Positions 12,201 to 21,774 of a stretch of 64,000 nucleotides of DNA are shown here, piece by piece. The DNA comes from an uncultured Bacilli bacterium (GTDB taxonomy: Bacteria; Bacillota_I; Bacilli_A; RF39; UBA660): assembly GCA_947624175.1 (NCBI GenBank), contig CANQJD010000002.1, positions 1,170 to 65,169 of the forward strand, in the 5' to 3' direction. The notes beneath the pieces are model-generated. The model was not told the DNA's origin and searched no databases. It saw only the letters and a list, made by a program, of their open reading frames with translations. The translations under genes and the position numbers were made by a program. Position 1 is the first letter of the stretch. Every line of letters begins with the position of its first letter.

Positions 12201-15200
12201 TTACCACACACACTTTTTGTATCCTATTATCATTGGGTCCAAATTAGTGCCTGACCCCCCACAAAAAACTAAATTTTCATTCGTGTTAAAGAAGAGTCGA
12301 TAACCTTTAGCATTTCCAAAATATCCATTGGCACCGGTTCCACAGTTTTGAGTATAATTAGCTGTTTCTGCTCCTGTATATCCACACAATGCTCCTGTTT
12401 CACTTATATAATATCCATAATTATTATCCCATTTATGATATCCCCATTCTTGTGGAGCATATAACCACGAAGTTGCTATTGTTCCATAATCATTTACAAA
12501 TTTTAATCCATTATTTCTGGTTGATAATAATAAATCTGATGTTGTTAAAGGCCATAATTTATTTGTACTATTATTTCCATTTTCTTTATTTAAAATATCA
12601 TTGGCTGATAAAGTATTTAAATTATTTAACGTTACTGTACCATGTGATGTATTATTAATTGCATCATACCATGTTACTCCATCACTTATATTACTAGTTG
12701 TATATAAACCACTATTATTGTTAACTGCAGTTTTCAAGGTACTTGCATCATAGTTAACAGCGGTTGCTCCTGCAAAAGTACTAGCTCCTGGAGATATATT
12801 TCTCATTAATCTTGCTTGATGATTTGTTTCATATACTCCTACTACTCTGTGTAAATAATTATTTGGAGTATAAGGTAAATTATTATTAAAATATTCTATA
12901 GTTTCAGGTGTTACTATAGCATTATCACTTGGATAATCTAATATTTCTCCTGAAAAATATCTTGTTATTTCATCAGGAGTAATTGCATCTGTATAAACAA
13001 AAACTTTGTTTACAGTGACATTTGCCTCTTGAAGATTTCCATAAGTATTTTGATATGGATTTGTACACAATGCTAAAACCGTGTTTTTGGTAGGTATTCC
13101 TATATTTCCTGAACAATTAAGATAATTATCTAAAACTCCATTAATATATAGCCTTATTTGAGTACCATCATAAATTGCAGCTAAAGTATAATATTTTTCC
13201 AAATCTATTGTTGAATTTGAATATAATGATAGCCAAGTCCCATTTATATGCATTTGTACATGTATTATATTTGATATTAATGAAAAACCAAATCCTTTTC
13301 CTTGTTGATTTCCCAAAACTGTTTGTTGTTCTACAGTGGTGTAACTATGAAATTTAACTCTTAATATCAAACTTACATGGTTATAAAAATTATAATTTGC
13401 ATAACCGAAACTTATAAAATCATCTATTCCATCACAATAAATTCCATCCTCTACCAAAGTGTAAGTTGGATAGTATCTTTTAAAGCAATCATCTCTAGAT
13501 GGAGAACCATAACAAACATAATTTTCCGGTTGAGAAGTTGTTGTTCCAGTATATCTTACTGTTTGTTTACTTGTATCACCACTTAATCCTGATTCATATA
13601 ATCCTAATTCTGTTCTTTTATTATATAATCCTTCTCCAAATTTTTTATCTCTAGCTAAATATTCACACATTGCTCCATAACAGGTTCTTGTATAATAATA
13701 ATCTATTACATTTTCACTTGCATTGGCTGTTAATACTTTACTTTTACTTGTTGGTGCTTGTTGATTATCAAATGTTAATAACTCTCCTGTAACATTCTCT
13801 CCTACTTTTCCACTTTTTGTTACAGTTTTTCCTAAATCATAATTTCTTTTATCTTGTCTCATTAAATAATAGTTTATTTTATAATCTACTAAATTTACTA
13901 TTATTTTATAATTTTCTGTTTTATTATTATAATTTGTTGTATCACTTGGAGTAAATGTTACGGCTATATTTGTTTCTCCTTTTCCGGTTCCTGTTACGGT
14001 TACTACTTGGTCTGTATTTGGATTTATATCTCCTGTTGTTCCTGGTGACACAGTTGCAACACCTGTTGCATTTGATACATTTCCAAACTTTCCTTTTATA
14101 TTGGCTTTTTCTTTAAATGTTGTACTTGTCCCTGCTAATATTGTTCCCGTTGTTGGGGTTAATGTTACTACAGGATTTGCTTTGGCTATACTACAATTTT
14201 GAATTTTTGATGTTGTATTATCTGAAAATCTATATCCACTATTAGCATTTATCGTTACATTCTGACTTCCAGCTTGTGTTCTTTCATTATTAACATAACT
14301 TACTCCAACTCCTCCTGACATTAAGGTTTGACTTCCTCCATTATAGGTTCTTGCTTGACAACTTCCAGTTGATGCTACTAAATAACCTGTTACATTATAA
14401 GTTCCTGTTTTATTATTATAATTTGTTGTATCTGTTGGTGTGAAGGTTATATTTATATTTGCTTGTCCTGAACCTGCTCCTGTTATTGTTACTGTTTGAT
14501 TTGTATTAGCTGCTATTTCTCCTATGGTTCCTGGAGAGACAGTTGCAACTCCTGTCAAACTTGATACATTACTAAACTTTCCTTTTACATTAGAATTTTC
14601 TGTAAAAGTTATTTTACTATCTTTATTTACACTTCCACTAGTTGCACTTAAATTTAAAGATGGGGTTGCTTTGGCTATATTATAAGTTGTACTTTCAGTA
14701 CTTGATAAAGTGTAATTATTTGCATTTGCTCTTCCTCCACTTACATTTGCTATACTTATTGTTGTTTTTAAATTACTTCCAGCATTTGTTGGTTTATTAA
14801 CTGTTAAATTTATTGTTTCATTATTAACTCCACTTGCAACTGTTGGTGTTGGTCCTTGTCCACTTCCATTATAGGTATAAGTTCCTGGAGCTGGCCATGT
14901 TACTGTTGCTGTTTTCTTTGCTATACTACAACTTAATGTCTTATTGGCTGCATTATCTGAAAACTTATGATTAGAGTCTGGAGTTGCTGTTATATTATAA
15001 GTATTGGCATCTATTCCTTTTGTTGCTGTATAATTTACTCCTCCTACTGTATTTACGATTGTTTGTTCTCCTCCATTATATGTTTTATTGGCACAACTTC
15101 CTGGTTCTACATTAGCCTTATTTATAGTTAATGTCCCTGTTCCATAACTTATCTTATAATTACTTGTTACATCTGTAGAACCATTTACTATCTTGGCTCC

Positions 15201-17774
15201 ACTTGCACTTATCTTCCCACTTGTTGTTACATTTACGTCTGTTGTTGCTAATGTTACTTGACTTAATGAATGTCCACTTACTAAATTACTTGCTGTTGCT
15301 TTACTTACTGATGTATCTATACTTCCTCCATAAGTTATCGTTTGATTTACTGGTGTTATTGTTGTTTCTCTTTGATTGATTGTAAAATTAAAGGTTCCAC
15401 TTGCTAATGCTAAACTATAATTATTTGCTTTAAATCCTTCTCCATCACTTAAAGTTAGATTTCCTAGATTGACTGGATAGGTTCCGACATTTTCTCCTGT
15501 TGTTCTTCCTAACTTTCCTGAGAATACTGGATTTTCTCCTGATATGGCTCCACTGTTTGAATATCCTATAGTTGGCTCAGCATCACCATATGTTTTAGAT
15601 AAATTGCTATTTGGGGTTACTGTTATTTGTTTTTTATTGATTGTTAATGTTCCATCAGCATAACTCAAACTATAGTTTGCTGTTACCTCTGTTTCTCCTG
15701 ACATTATCTTAGCATTACTTGGTGTTATCTTTCCTCCTGGTACATCTTTAGTTGATGCTGTTAAGGTTACAGAACCTAATGTATGATTGGTTACTAAATC
15801 TTTAGCTGTTGCTTGACTTACTGCATTTGTTATTCCTGTTCCATAGGTTACTGTCTGGTTATTTGCTGTTATACTTGCATTCTTTTTATTTATTTTACAT
15901 GTTAAAGTCTTATTTCCTATTGTATTATCACTCCAACGATATCCTTCTTGTAAAGATTCAGTTACTGAATAATTATCTTTAGCATCTACTCCTGAATTAT
16001 TTCCTAAAGTAATTCCTGTTCCACCTGATGCTAAGGCTTGTGATGCTCCATTATAAGTTGGATTTGAACATGTTGCTTCACTTGCTATTTTATAGCCTGA
16101 AACTTTATAAGTTGCACTATTAGATTTATTATAATTCTTAGTATCAGTTGGATTAAAGGTTACTACTACATCTACACTTCCATTTGCAACTCCTGTGATT
16201 GTTATTTCATTGCCATTTACTTTGGTTGTTACTATTCCTTCTTTACTTGTTGTTACGGTATATGTTCCTCCTATACTTGGACTTACGGTTCCGGTTATGG
16301 TTACACTTTTTCCTGCTAATACTTCTCCCGTTTCGCTACTTAAAGTTAACTTAGGAGTTGCTTTAATTATTTCAAAATTAACTGGTGTTTCACTTAGTTT
16401 TAAATTATAATTACTTGCTTTAAATGGTAATTTATCTTCTATATCTAAGGTTCCTTTATTTATAGTATATCTTCCTACATCATTTCCTGGTGTTCTTCCT
16501 AACTTTCCTATAAATCCAGGTTCTTCTATATTCCCTTCATATGTATATGTTAAATCTTTTTCTTCACTTCCATATACTTTACTTTGATTTGAATCTGGAA
16601 TTACTATTAAATCTTTCTTTCCTATACTGCAATTAAACTTAACTTCTGTTTTACTTTCATCATTCCATCTATATCCTGTTTTTAACTTGACTGTTACTTG
16701 ATAACTTCCTGCATCTTTCTGCTTATTATTTTCAAATGTATATCCTTCTTTATTACTTATTATTTCTTGTTCTTCTCCATTATAAGTTCTTGCTATACAT
16801 AACTTATTATTTGGTTTAGTTATATATTTATATTCTATCTTAATCGAAAAATTTTCTCTTGGACTTATCTTTCCATCTGTATAGACTACATAATAATTAT
16901 ATTTTCCAGTTGATTCTGCTATATAATGTCCTTCCCATATTCCATTCTTTTCTATTGGTTCTATATTATCTACTTCACTTGTTGTCTCATCAGTTACTAC
17001 CATCTCATTGGTTTCTTTATCTGATTTAATTATTACTTCTACTTCTTCTCTTACTACTGGAGCACTTTCTAAATCATAATCTTTATTGCTTTCTACCGTA
17101 TAAGCTTCTATGCTAGTTTCTCCTTTGATGATTTCTTTTTCTACAAAGTCTCCTTCTACTTCGACATCTATATTAAAATAACTATTTTCATATTCACTGG
17201 TTGTATAGATATGTTTTCCTTCAAAACTTGTTTCTGTATCACTTACCAAAACATTATCACTTAACCATACTGTTAATTCATATTCTATTTCGACTTTTTC
17301 TTCTTTACTTATATTTCCACTTATTGTATTTGTATATATCATATTTCGATTAAAATCTGATAATCTTCCTGGTCCAAATACATCTTTGGTTTCTCCATCT
17401 TTAGTTTCTGTTAAATATACGACTATATCTTCATCTTTAAATCTTTCTTTACCTGTTTGTTCTTCTCCATATTTTAGATAGATTCCATAATAGATATCTT
17501 TTTTAGAATCATTATATCCTTCTACTTTAAACTTATATTTATTACCATTAGTTTTTCCTTCTTCTTTATCCATTGGTTTTATATTTCCAACGGTTACTTC
17601 GTTGCTAATCGCTTTCATATAAATATCTCCAGCTATTAGTTCTTGATTATCTGCTACTCTTGAATACTTGAATAAACCATATGAAATACCTATTGTTACT
17701 ACTAATACTGACAATATTCCTATTACTAAACTTTTACTTCTTTTCTTTTTCTTCTTTATTAATTCTACTTCCAT
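12201..17774 (-). CDS. Giant (1857 aa) surface adhesin-like protein: N-terminal signal anchor, many Ig-like/MBG-type repeats (T/K-YNG-x-Q), LamG/ConA-like domain, MucBP-like segment
   Basis: Single uninterrupted ORF. Repeats are punctuated by C..TYNGG(S/E)Q motifs. A C-terminal region (...VKFHSYTTVEQQTVLGNQQGKGFGFSL...IRLYINGVLDNYLN...) looks like a LamG/concanavalin-like lectin fold. Paralogous to the gene at 59507..>64000. Confidence 0.8.
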   Translation of the reverse strand: MEVELIKKKKKRSKSLVIGILSVLVVTIGISYGLFKYSRVADNQELIAGDIYMKAISNEVTVGNIKPMDKEEGKTNGNKYKFKVEGYNDSKKDIYYGIYLKYGEEQTGKERFKDEDIVVYLTETKDGETKDVFGPGRLSDFNRNMIYTNTISGNISKEEKVEIEYELTVWLSDNVLVSDTETSFEGKHIYTTSEYENSYFNIDVEVEGDFVEKEIIKGETSIEAYTVESNKDYDLESAPVVREEVEVIIKSDKETNEMVVTDETTSEVDNIEPIEKNGIWEGHYIAESTGKYNYYVVYTDGKISPRENFSIKIEYKYITKPNNKLCIARTYNGEEQEIISNKEGYTFENNKQKDAGSYQVTVKLKTGYRWNDESKTEVKFNCSIGKKDLIVIPDSNQSKVYGSEEKDLTYTYEGNIEEPGFIGKLGRTPGNDVGRYTINKGTLDIEDKLPFKASNYNLKLSETPVNFEIIKATPKLTLSSETGEVLAGKSVTITGTVSPSIGGTYTVTTSKEGIVTTKVNGNEITITGVANGSVDVVVTFNPTDTKNYNKSNSATYKVSGYKIASEATCSNPTYNGASQALASGGTGITLGNNSGVDAKDNYSVTESLQEGYRWSDNTIGNKTLTCKINKKNASITANNQTVTYGTGITNAVSQATAKDLVTNHTLGSVTLTASTKDVPGGKITPSNAKIMSGETEVTANYSLSYADGTLTINKKQITVTPNSNLSKTYGDAEPTIGYSNSGAISGENPVFSGKLGRTTGENVGTYPVNLGNLTLSDGEGFKANNYSLALASGTFNFTINQRETTITPVNQTITYGGSIDTSVSKATASNLVSGHSLSQVTLATTDVNVTTSGKISASGAKIVNGSTDVTSNYKISYGTGTLTINKANVEPGSCANKTYNGGEQTIVNTVGGVNYTATKGIDANTYNITATPDSNHKFSDNAANKTLSCSIAKKTATVTWPAPGTYTYNGSGQGPTPTVASGVNNETINLTVNKPTNAGSNLKTTISIANVSGGRANANNYTLSSTESTTYNIAKATPSLNLSATSGSVNKDSKITFTENSNVKGKFSNVSSLTGVATVSPGTIGEIAANTNQTVTITGAGSGQANINITFTPTDTTNYNNKTGTYNVTGYLVASTGSCQARTYNGGSQTLMSGGVGVSYVNNERTQAGSQNVTINANSGYRFSDNTTSKIQNCSIAKANPVVTLTPTTGTILAGTSTTFKEKANIKGKFGNVSNATGVATVSPGTTGDINPNTDQVVTVTGTGKGETNIAVTFTPSDTTNYNNKTENYKIIVNLVDYKINYYLMRQDKRNYDLGKTVTKSGKVGENVTGELLTFDNQQAPTSKSKVLTANASENVIDYYYTRTCYGAMCEYLARDKKFGEGLYNKRTELGLYESGLSGDTSKQTVRYTGTTTSQPENYVCYGSPSRDDCFKRYYPTYTLVEDGIYCDGIDDFISFGYANYNFYNHVSLILRVKFHSYTTVEQQTVLGNQQGKGFGFSLISNIIHVQMHINGTWLSLYSNSTIDLEKYYTLAAIYDGTQIRLYINGVLDNYLNCSGNIGIPTKNTVLALCTNPYQNTYGNLQEANVTVNKVFVYTDAITPDEITRYFSGEILDYPSDNAIVTPETIEYFNNNLPYTPNNYLHRVVGVYETNHQARLMRNISPGASTFAGATAVNYDASTLKTAVNNNSGLYTTSNISDGVTWYDAINNTSHGTVTLNNLNTLSANDILNKENGNNSTNKLWPLTTSDLLLSTRNNGLKFVNDYGTIATSWLYAPQEWGYHKWDNNYGYYISETGALCGYTGAETANYTQNCGTGANGYFGNAKGYRLFFNTNENLVFCGGSGTNLDPMIIGYKKCVW

Positions 17775-17925
17775 CTATATCTATCCTTTCTAGTTTTCTT
17801 TATTTATTATAACATCATTTATCCCGGATTTCAAATCAAACTAAAAACACATAAAATCTAGTTTTATTATACTAGTTTCATGTGTCTATATTTGTCGTTT
17901 TTATTGAAATTAATTCCGGTAGTAA

Positions 17926-17934
17926 CCCCCCCCC
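17926..17934. repeat. C9 homopolymer (G9 on minus strand) in the 5' leader of the giant adhesin gene
   Basis: Direct count: 9 consecutive C at 17926-17934 in a roughly 27% GC region, 152 nt upstream of the adhesin start codon (17774). It sits inside a 26-codon minus-strand micro-ORF (17910..17990) with a good RBS. Confidence 0.9.
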
Positions 17935-18133
17935 ATTGTTGACAAATCGTTAACTTTTGTATCAAAAATATTCTTCATGTATTTTGTCATCCTGGGGCAT
18001 CTCCTTTCTTATTTTTTTCATTTTTAATCATATCACATTTTTTCTTTATTGAAAAGTAGTTTTAAAGAAAATTTAATCACATTATTTTTCATTATAATAA
18101 AAGACAAATAACCTAGGTTACTTGCCTTTAATA

Positions 18134-18265
18134 CTAATAACTTCTATATCTACTTCCTAAAATTATAGCAAGTAAAATATAAAGTACTACGATAATTAAA
18201 AAACCATTATCACTTCTTCCACATGAAGAGCAAGAAGTAATTGTTTCATTAGATTGACAATTCAT
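18134..18265 (-). CDS. YjcZ-like small sporulation-family membrane peptide (43 aa)
   Basis: Not in the ORF track. AGGGGA RBS then MNCQSNETITSCSSCGRSDNGFLIIVVLYILLAIILGSRYRSY. The GF(A)LIVVLFILLII(L)G core matches the YjcZ family. Confidence 0.5.
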   Translation of the reverse strand: MNCQSNETITSCSSCGRSDNGFLIIVVLYILLAIILGSRYRSY

Positions 18266-18282
18266 AATTTTCCCCTTTCTAA

Positions 18283-18363
18283 TTATATATAATTACCTAG
18301 AATAATTACTAATAAAATAAATAAAACTAAAACAATTGCATAAGATGAAGTATTATTACACAT
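18283..18363 (-). CDS. YjcZ-like small peptide (26 aa)
   Basis: Not in the ORF track. GGAGGA RBS then MCNNTSSYAIVLVLFILLVIILGNYI. Tandem with the 43-aa paralog. Confidence 0.45.
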   Translation of the reverse strand: MCNNTSSYAIVLVLFILLVIILGNYI

Positions 18364-18508
18364 AACTTATTCCTCCTTTTTAATCTATTCACATTATTCT
18401 ATGGTAAAAATTAAAGAATGTGAGGGCAAAAAAGAGAAATTGTGTAAAAACGATTGTAATTTCTTAATTATTTTGTTATGATAATTATGTTGCAAGAAGG
18501 AGGATATA

Positions 18509-19491
18509 TGAAAAAATTATTAAAAATTAGTTTTACATTCATGATATTAATACTTGCAGTTGGATGTAAAAATAAAACGACTCTTAAGGAAGGAAGTGAT
18601 ACTTTAGTTTCATTTAAAGATTCTAGTTTAAATATTAAAACATCTGATTTATATGATGAACTTAAAGATAAATATGGAATTAGTATTTTAATTGATATGA
18701 TGGATAGAAAAATTTTAGATAAAGAGATTCCTGATTCAGATGAAATAAAAAGTTATGTTGATATTCAAGTTAATTCTTTAAAAAATTATTATAAAACGGA
18801 AAAAGAATTTATAGAATATATTAACAATTATGGTTATAAAGATGAAAATGAGTTAAGAGATTACTTTACTTTAAATTATAAAAGAAATCTTGCGGTTCAA
18901 GATTATATAGAAGGATTAATAACTGATAAAGATATTGAAAACTATTATAATCAAAAAATCATGGGAGATATTACAGGAAGTCATATTTTAATTGAAGTTA
19001 ATACAACAGATTCCATGACAGATGAAGAAAAGAGAACAACTAAAGAAGAAGCTAAAAAGAAAGCAGATGAAGCATTACAAAAACTTAAAGATGGAACTAG
19101 TTTTGAAGATGTTGCTAAGGAATACTCCGAAGATGCTGAAACCAAAGATGATGGTGGAAAAATGGGAACATTTAGTCCTACTAAACTAGATGATGTAACT
19201 CGTCAAGTTTATGAAAAGATTGAAGTATCTAAATATTCTGATGTCGTTGAAACTGAATATGGATATGAAATTTTCTATAAAGAAGCTGAAAAAGAAAAAC
19301 CAAAACTTGAAGAAGTTAAAACTTATATTATAGAAACCTTAAGAGATGAAAAATTAGCAGCTGATTCTAAACTTCAATATGAAGGATTAAAAGCTATAAG
19401 AGAAAAATATGGTTTTGAAATTAAAGATGAAGATTTAAACGTTTATTATGACAATACAATGAATAATTTAATGAAAAATGATGAGGAGTAA
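18509..19491 (+). CDS. prsA: Foldase lipoprotein PrsA (parvulin-type peptidyl-prolyl isomerase)
   Basis: Lipobox LAVGC after signal peptide (start taken at MKKLLK, RBS AAGGAGG). Parvulin domain GDITGSHILIEV...GKMGTFSP. Confidence 0.8.
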
Positions 19492-19520
19492 ATACTCCTT
19501 TTTAAATTTAGGAGGGGATT

Positions 19521-20300
19521 ATGGAATATACATATAAAACTTATTCAAAAGAAACTGATAGAACAACAGGTGAACATAAAATTGCAACAATAAGTGATCT
19601 TAATTTAGATATCAAGGCAACAAGAGGAGAACTTGAAGACTTATTTTTAAATATTCATGATAAATTTCCTGAATATATCTTTTTACTTGGCAATATATTT
19701 CCTTATTACTATTTAGAAAGTAAAGAATTTAAAAAGAATATTTTACATTTATTAAAACTCCTTACTTTAATATCTAAAGTCTATATTGTCTTTGGAGAAA
19801 CTGATTATAAAGCAAGAGATAATTCAATAGTTGAAGAGAAATATTTAGAAGATTTTTATCAAAGTCAAGGAGTTAATGTTTTAAATAATAAAGTTGAAAG
19901 AATCAATGGCTTTTCCTTAATTGGTTATAACCGTTCTCCATTTTTATATAAAAGTAAAACTAATATTACCTTAAAAGAAGATATTTTAAACTTTATAACT
20001 AAAATTGAAGACACTTTAAATAATGATACTTATAAAATTTTCTTAACTAATACTCATAAAGACATATTAAAATTAGAACTTGATTTCTTTAAAACTTTAG
20101 ATTTAGTAATATCAGGTGAGTTACCTAAAGAAAAAGAAATTCAAAGACAAGGTTTATTAGAAAGAAAAAGGAAAAAAGAAGATCACAATATACTTGAAAC
20201 AGATAATTTAACTATCATTGGTAATGGTGGAATTAATGTAAATGAAAACTCTTTAAAAGGAGAAATAGATTTAATTAGAATAAAGTCAAAAAAAAGATAG
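19521..20300 (+). CDS. Metallophosphoesterase-like protein with degenerate catalytic motifs
   Basis: IATISDLNLD / LLGNIF / VFGETD resemble calcineurin-like phosphoesterase motifs I-III, but with the His/Asp ligands substituted. Confidence 0.35.
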   Translation: MEYTYKTYSKETDRTTGEHKIATISDLNLDIKATRGELEDLFLNIHDKFPEYIFLLGNIFPYYYLESKEFKKNILHLLKLLTLISKVYIVFGETDYKARDNSIVEEKYLEDFYQSQGVNVLNNKVERINGFSLIGYNRSPFLYKSKTNITLKEDILNFITKIEDTLNNDTYKIFLTNTHKDILKLELDFFKTLDLVISGELPKEKEIQRQGLLERKRKKEDHNILETDNLTIIGNGGINVNENSLKGEIDLIRIKSKKR

Positions 20301-20340
20301 AAGAGTCTATCTTTAGTTCTATAATAGTATTGTTAAAATA

Positions 20341-20973
20341 CTATTTTTTCTTTATAACTTCAATTTTATAAATTGGATAATTTAATTTTGTAAATTTTTC
20401 TTCATATTCAGTTTTGATATTGTCTATATCTTGTAAAGATTCAAGATCAAAAGTAATATTTAAAATATAGTAGCCATTATTATTTAAAGTTTTAATACTA
20501 TAACTAAATAAATTAGAATTATCCGTTTTCATAATTATATGATTAGTACCTTTAAAAATATTTTCATAACGAGCCAAAAAGTTTGGACTTGTAAGTCTTC
20601 TTTTCTCGTGTCTTTTTTTAGGCCATGGATCTGAAAAGTTTAAGTAAATCGTTTCAATTTCCTTATCAAAGACATTATCAATATTTAAAGCATCTAATCT
20701 AATCATTTTTAAATTCTTAATATTAGCAGGAACTTTCTTTAAAGCAAGAGCTAAAATACTATCATATTTTTCAATTCCTATAAAGTTAATATCAGGGTAT
20801 TTTAAAGCTTTTTCAATTATAAACTTCCCCTTACCCATTCCAATTTCAATTTGAATTGGATTATCATTTTTAAATACCTCTTGCCATTTTCCTTTATAAT
20901 TACTAGGATTATCTAAAAAATAATTCGAATTTTTAATTATTTCATTCTTGTTTTTAACATTTCTTTGTCTCAT
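20341..20973 (-). CDS. trmB: tRNA (guanine46-N7)-methyltransferase
   Basis: IEIGMGKGKFI...GIE...DPWPKKRH TrmB motifs. Confidence 0.85.
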   Translation of the reverse strand: MRQRNVKNKNEIIKNSNYFLDNPSNYKGKWQEVFKNDNPIQIEIGMGKGKFIIEKALKYPDINFIGIEKYDSILALALKKVPANIKNLKMIRLDALNIDNVFDKEIETIYLNFSDPWPKKRHEKRRLTSPNFLARYENIFKGTNHIIMKTDNSNLFSYSIKTLNNNGYYILNITFDLESLQDIDNIKTEYEEKFTKLNYPIYKIEVIKKK

Positions 20974-21048
20974 AATTCACCTTTTCTTTATTATACCTTA
21001 AAAACCAAATTAAAAAAAGTACATATAATAAAATAAAGGAGGAAAATT

Positions 21049-21267
21049 ATGAATAATCAAATGCCTTTTTATGGAAACTTTCCAAATAATCAAAATCCTA
21101 ATAATTATAATGAGTTAATGTTTGAAAGACTTACTAATCATTTAAATAGATTAGAAAGACAAATTAAAATGTTAGAAAATAGAATTAATCGCCTTGAAGG
21201 AGGAAATCCGACTTTTTTAAAGAATAACTATTCTGATGATGATAACAATAATATGTATATGCTTTAA
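21049..21267 (+). CDS. Small Asn-rich coiled-coil hypothetical protein
   Basis: 72-aa ORF with AGGAGG RBS. Central heptad-like LNRLERQIKMLENRINRLEG. Confidence 0.35.
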   Translation: MNNQMPFYGNFPNNQNPNNYNELMFERLTNHLNRLERQIKMLENRINRLEGGNPTFLKNNYSDDDNNNMYML

Positions 21268-21435
21268 AAATAAATAACCATAGCTGAAAAACAATAAAGC
21301 TGTTCTTCACCATAGACTGCCATCGTGGTTTGAAACTTTATATCAATTACATCAATGTCATTTTCTAAAAATTTGTTTAACTCTTTTTCTAAATCACTTT
21401 CATCTTCAAAATCAAATAATTTAACTTTCATATTC
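21264..21435 (-). CDS. Cse60-like small sporulation-associated protein
   Basis: Not in the ORF track. M(N)MKVKLFDFEDESDLEKELNKFLENDIDVIDIKFQTTMAVYGEEQLYCFSAMVIYF resembles B. subtilis Cse60 (KVKLFDEEHEKDLE...). The stop overlaps the stop of the convergent 21049..21267 ORF. Confidence 0.5.
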
Positions 21436-21464
21436 ATCACGATTTAATTATAAATATTTATAAT

Positions 21465-21496
21465 GTAAAAAAATGTCGAATCTCGACACTTTTTTT
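21465..21496 (-). terminator. Rho-independent terminator downstream of secG, bidirectional in appearance
   Basis: aaaaaaTGTCGAatcTCGACActttttttt: 6-bp stem with an A-run and a T-run on either side. Confidence 0.5.
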
Positions 21497-21711
21497 TAAA
21501 TGAATTCCATTACTAAACTAATTACAAAGAAAGCTATTCCAAGTAGTAAAGTTATTCTGCTTATTAAAAGCTCACTTCCACGTTCTTTTCTTTTATTAAA
21601 CAAATCTATTGAACCACCACTGATAATTTGACTTGCTGGTTCAGCTTTTCCACTTTGAAGTAGAACAATTATAATTAATAAAATGGATATTACTAATAAA
21701 ACTATTCGCAT
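21496..21711 (-). CDS. secG: Preprotein translocase subunit SecG
   Basis: 71 aa, two TM helices, LLQSGK...G motif typical of SecG. Confidence 0.75.
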   Translation of the reverse strand: MRIVLLVISILLIIIVLLQSGKAEPASQIISGGSIDLFNKRKERGSELLISRITLLLGIAFFVISLVMEFI

Positions 21712-21774
21712 ATATAGATTCCATTCCTTTCACTTTTAATAAAATAGCATATTTTAAATAAAATTTCAAGTAAA

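Noticed and set aside
12389-16410. Plus-strand ORFs 12389..12658, 13175..13357, 13377..13586, 16195..16410 (also 11905..12303)
   Set aside because: They lie antisense within the 1857-aa adhesin gene (or the adjacent gene), and their translations are low-complexity echoes of the repeat DNA. 16195..16410 is even duplicated at 63273..63545 inside the paralog. I treat them as shadow ORFs.
21049-21267. Asn-rich 72-aa ORF as a spore coat or prion-like protein
   Set aside because: Only composition and a short heptad stretch support this. No family signature is recognisable, so it is left as hypothetical.
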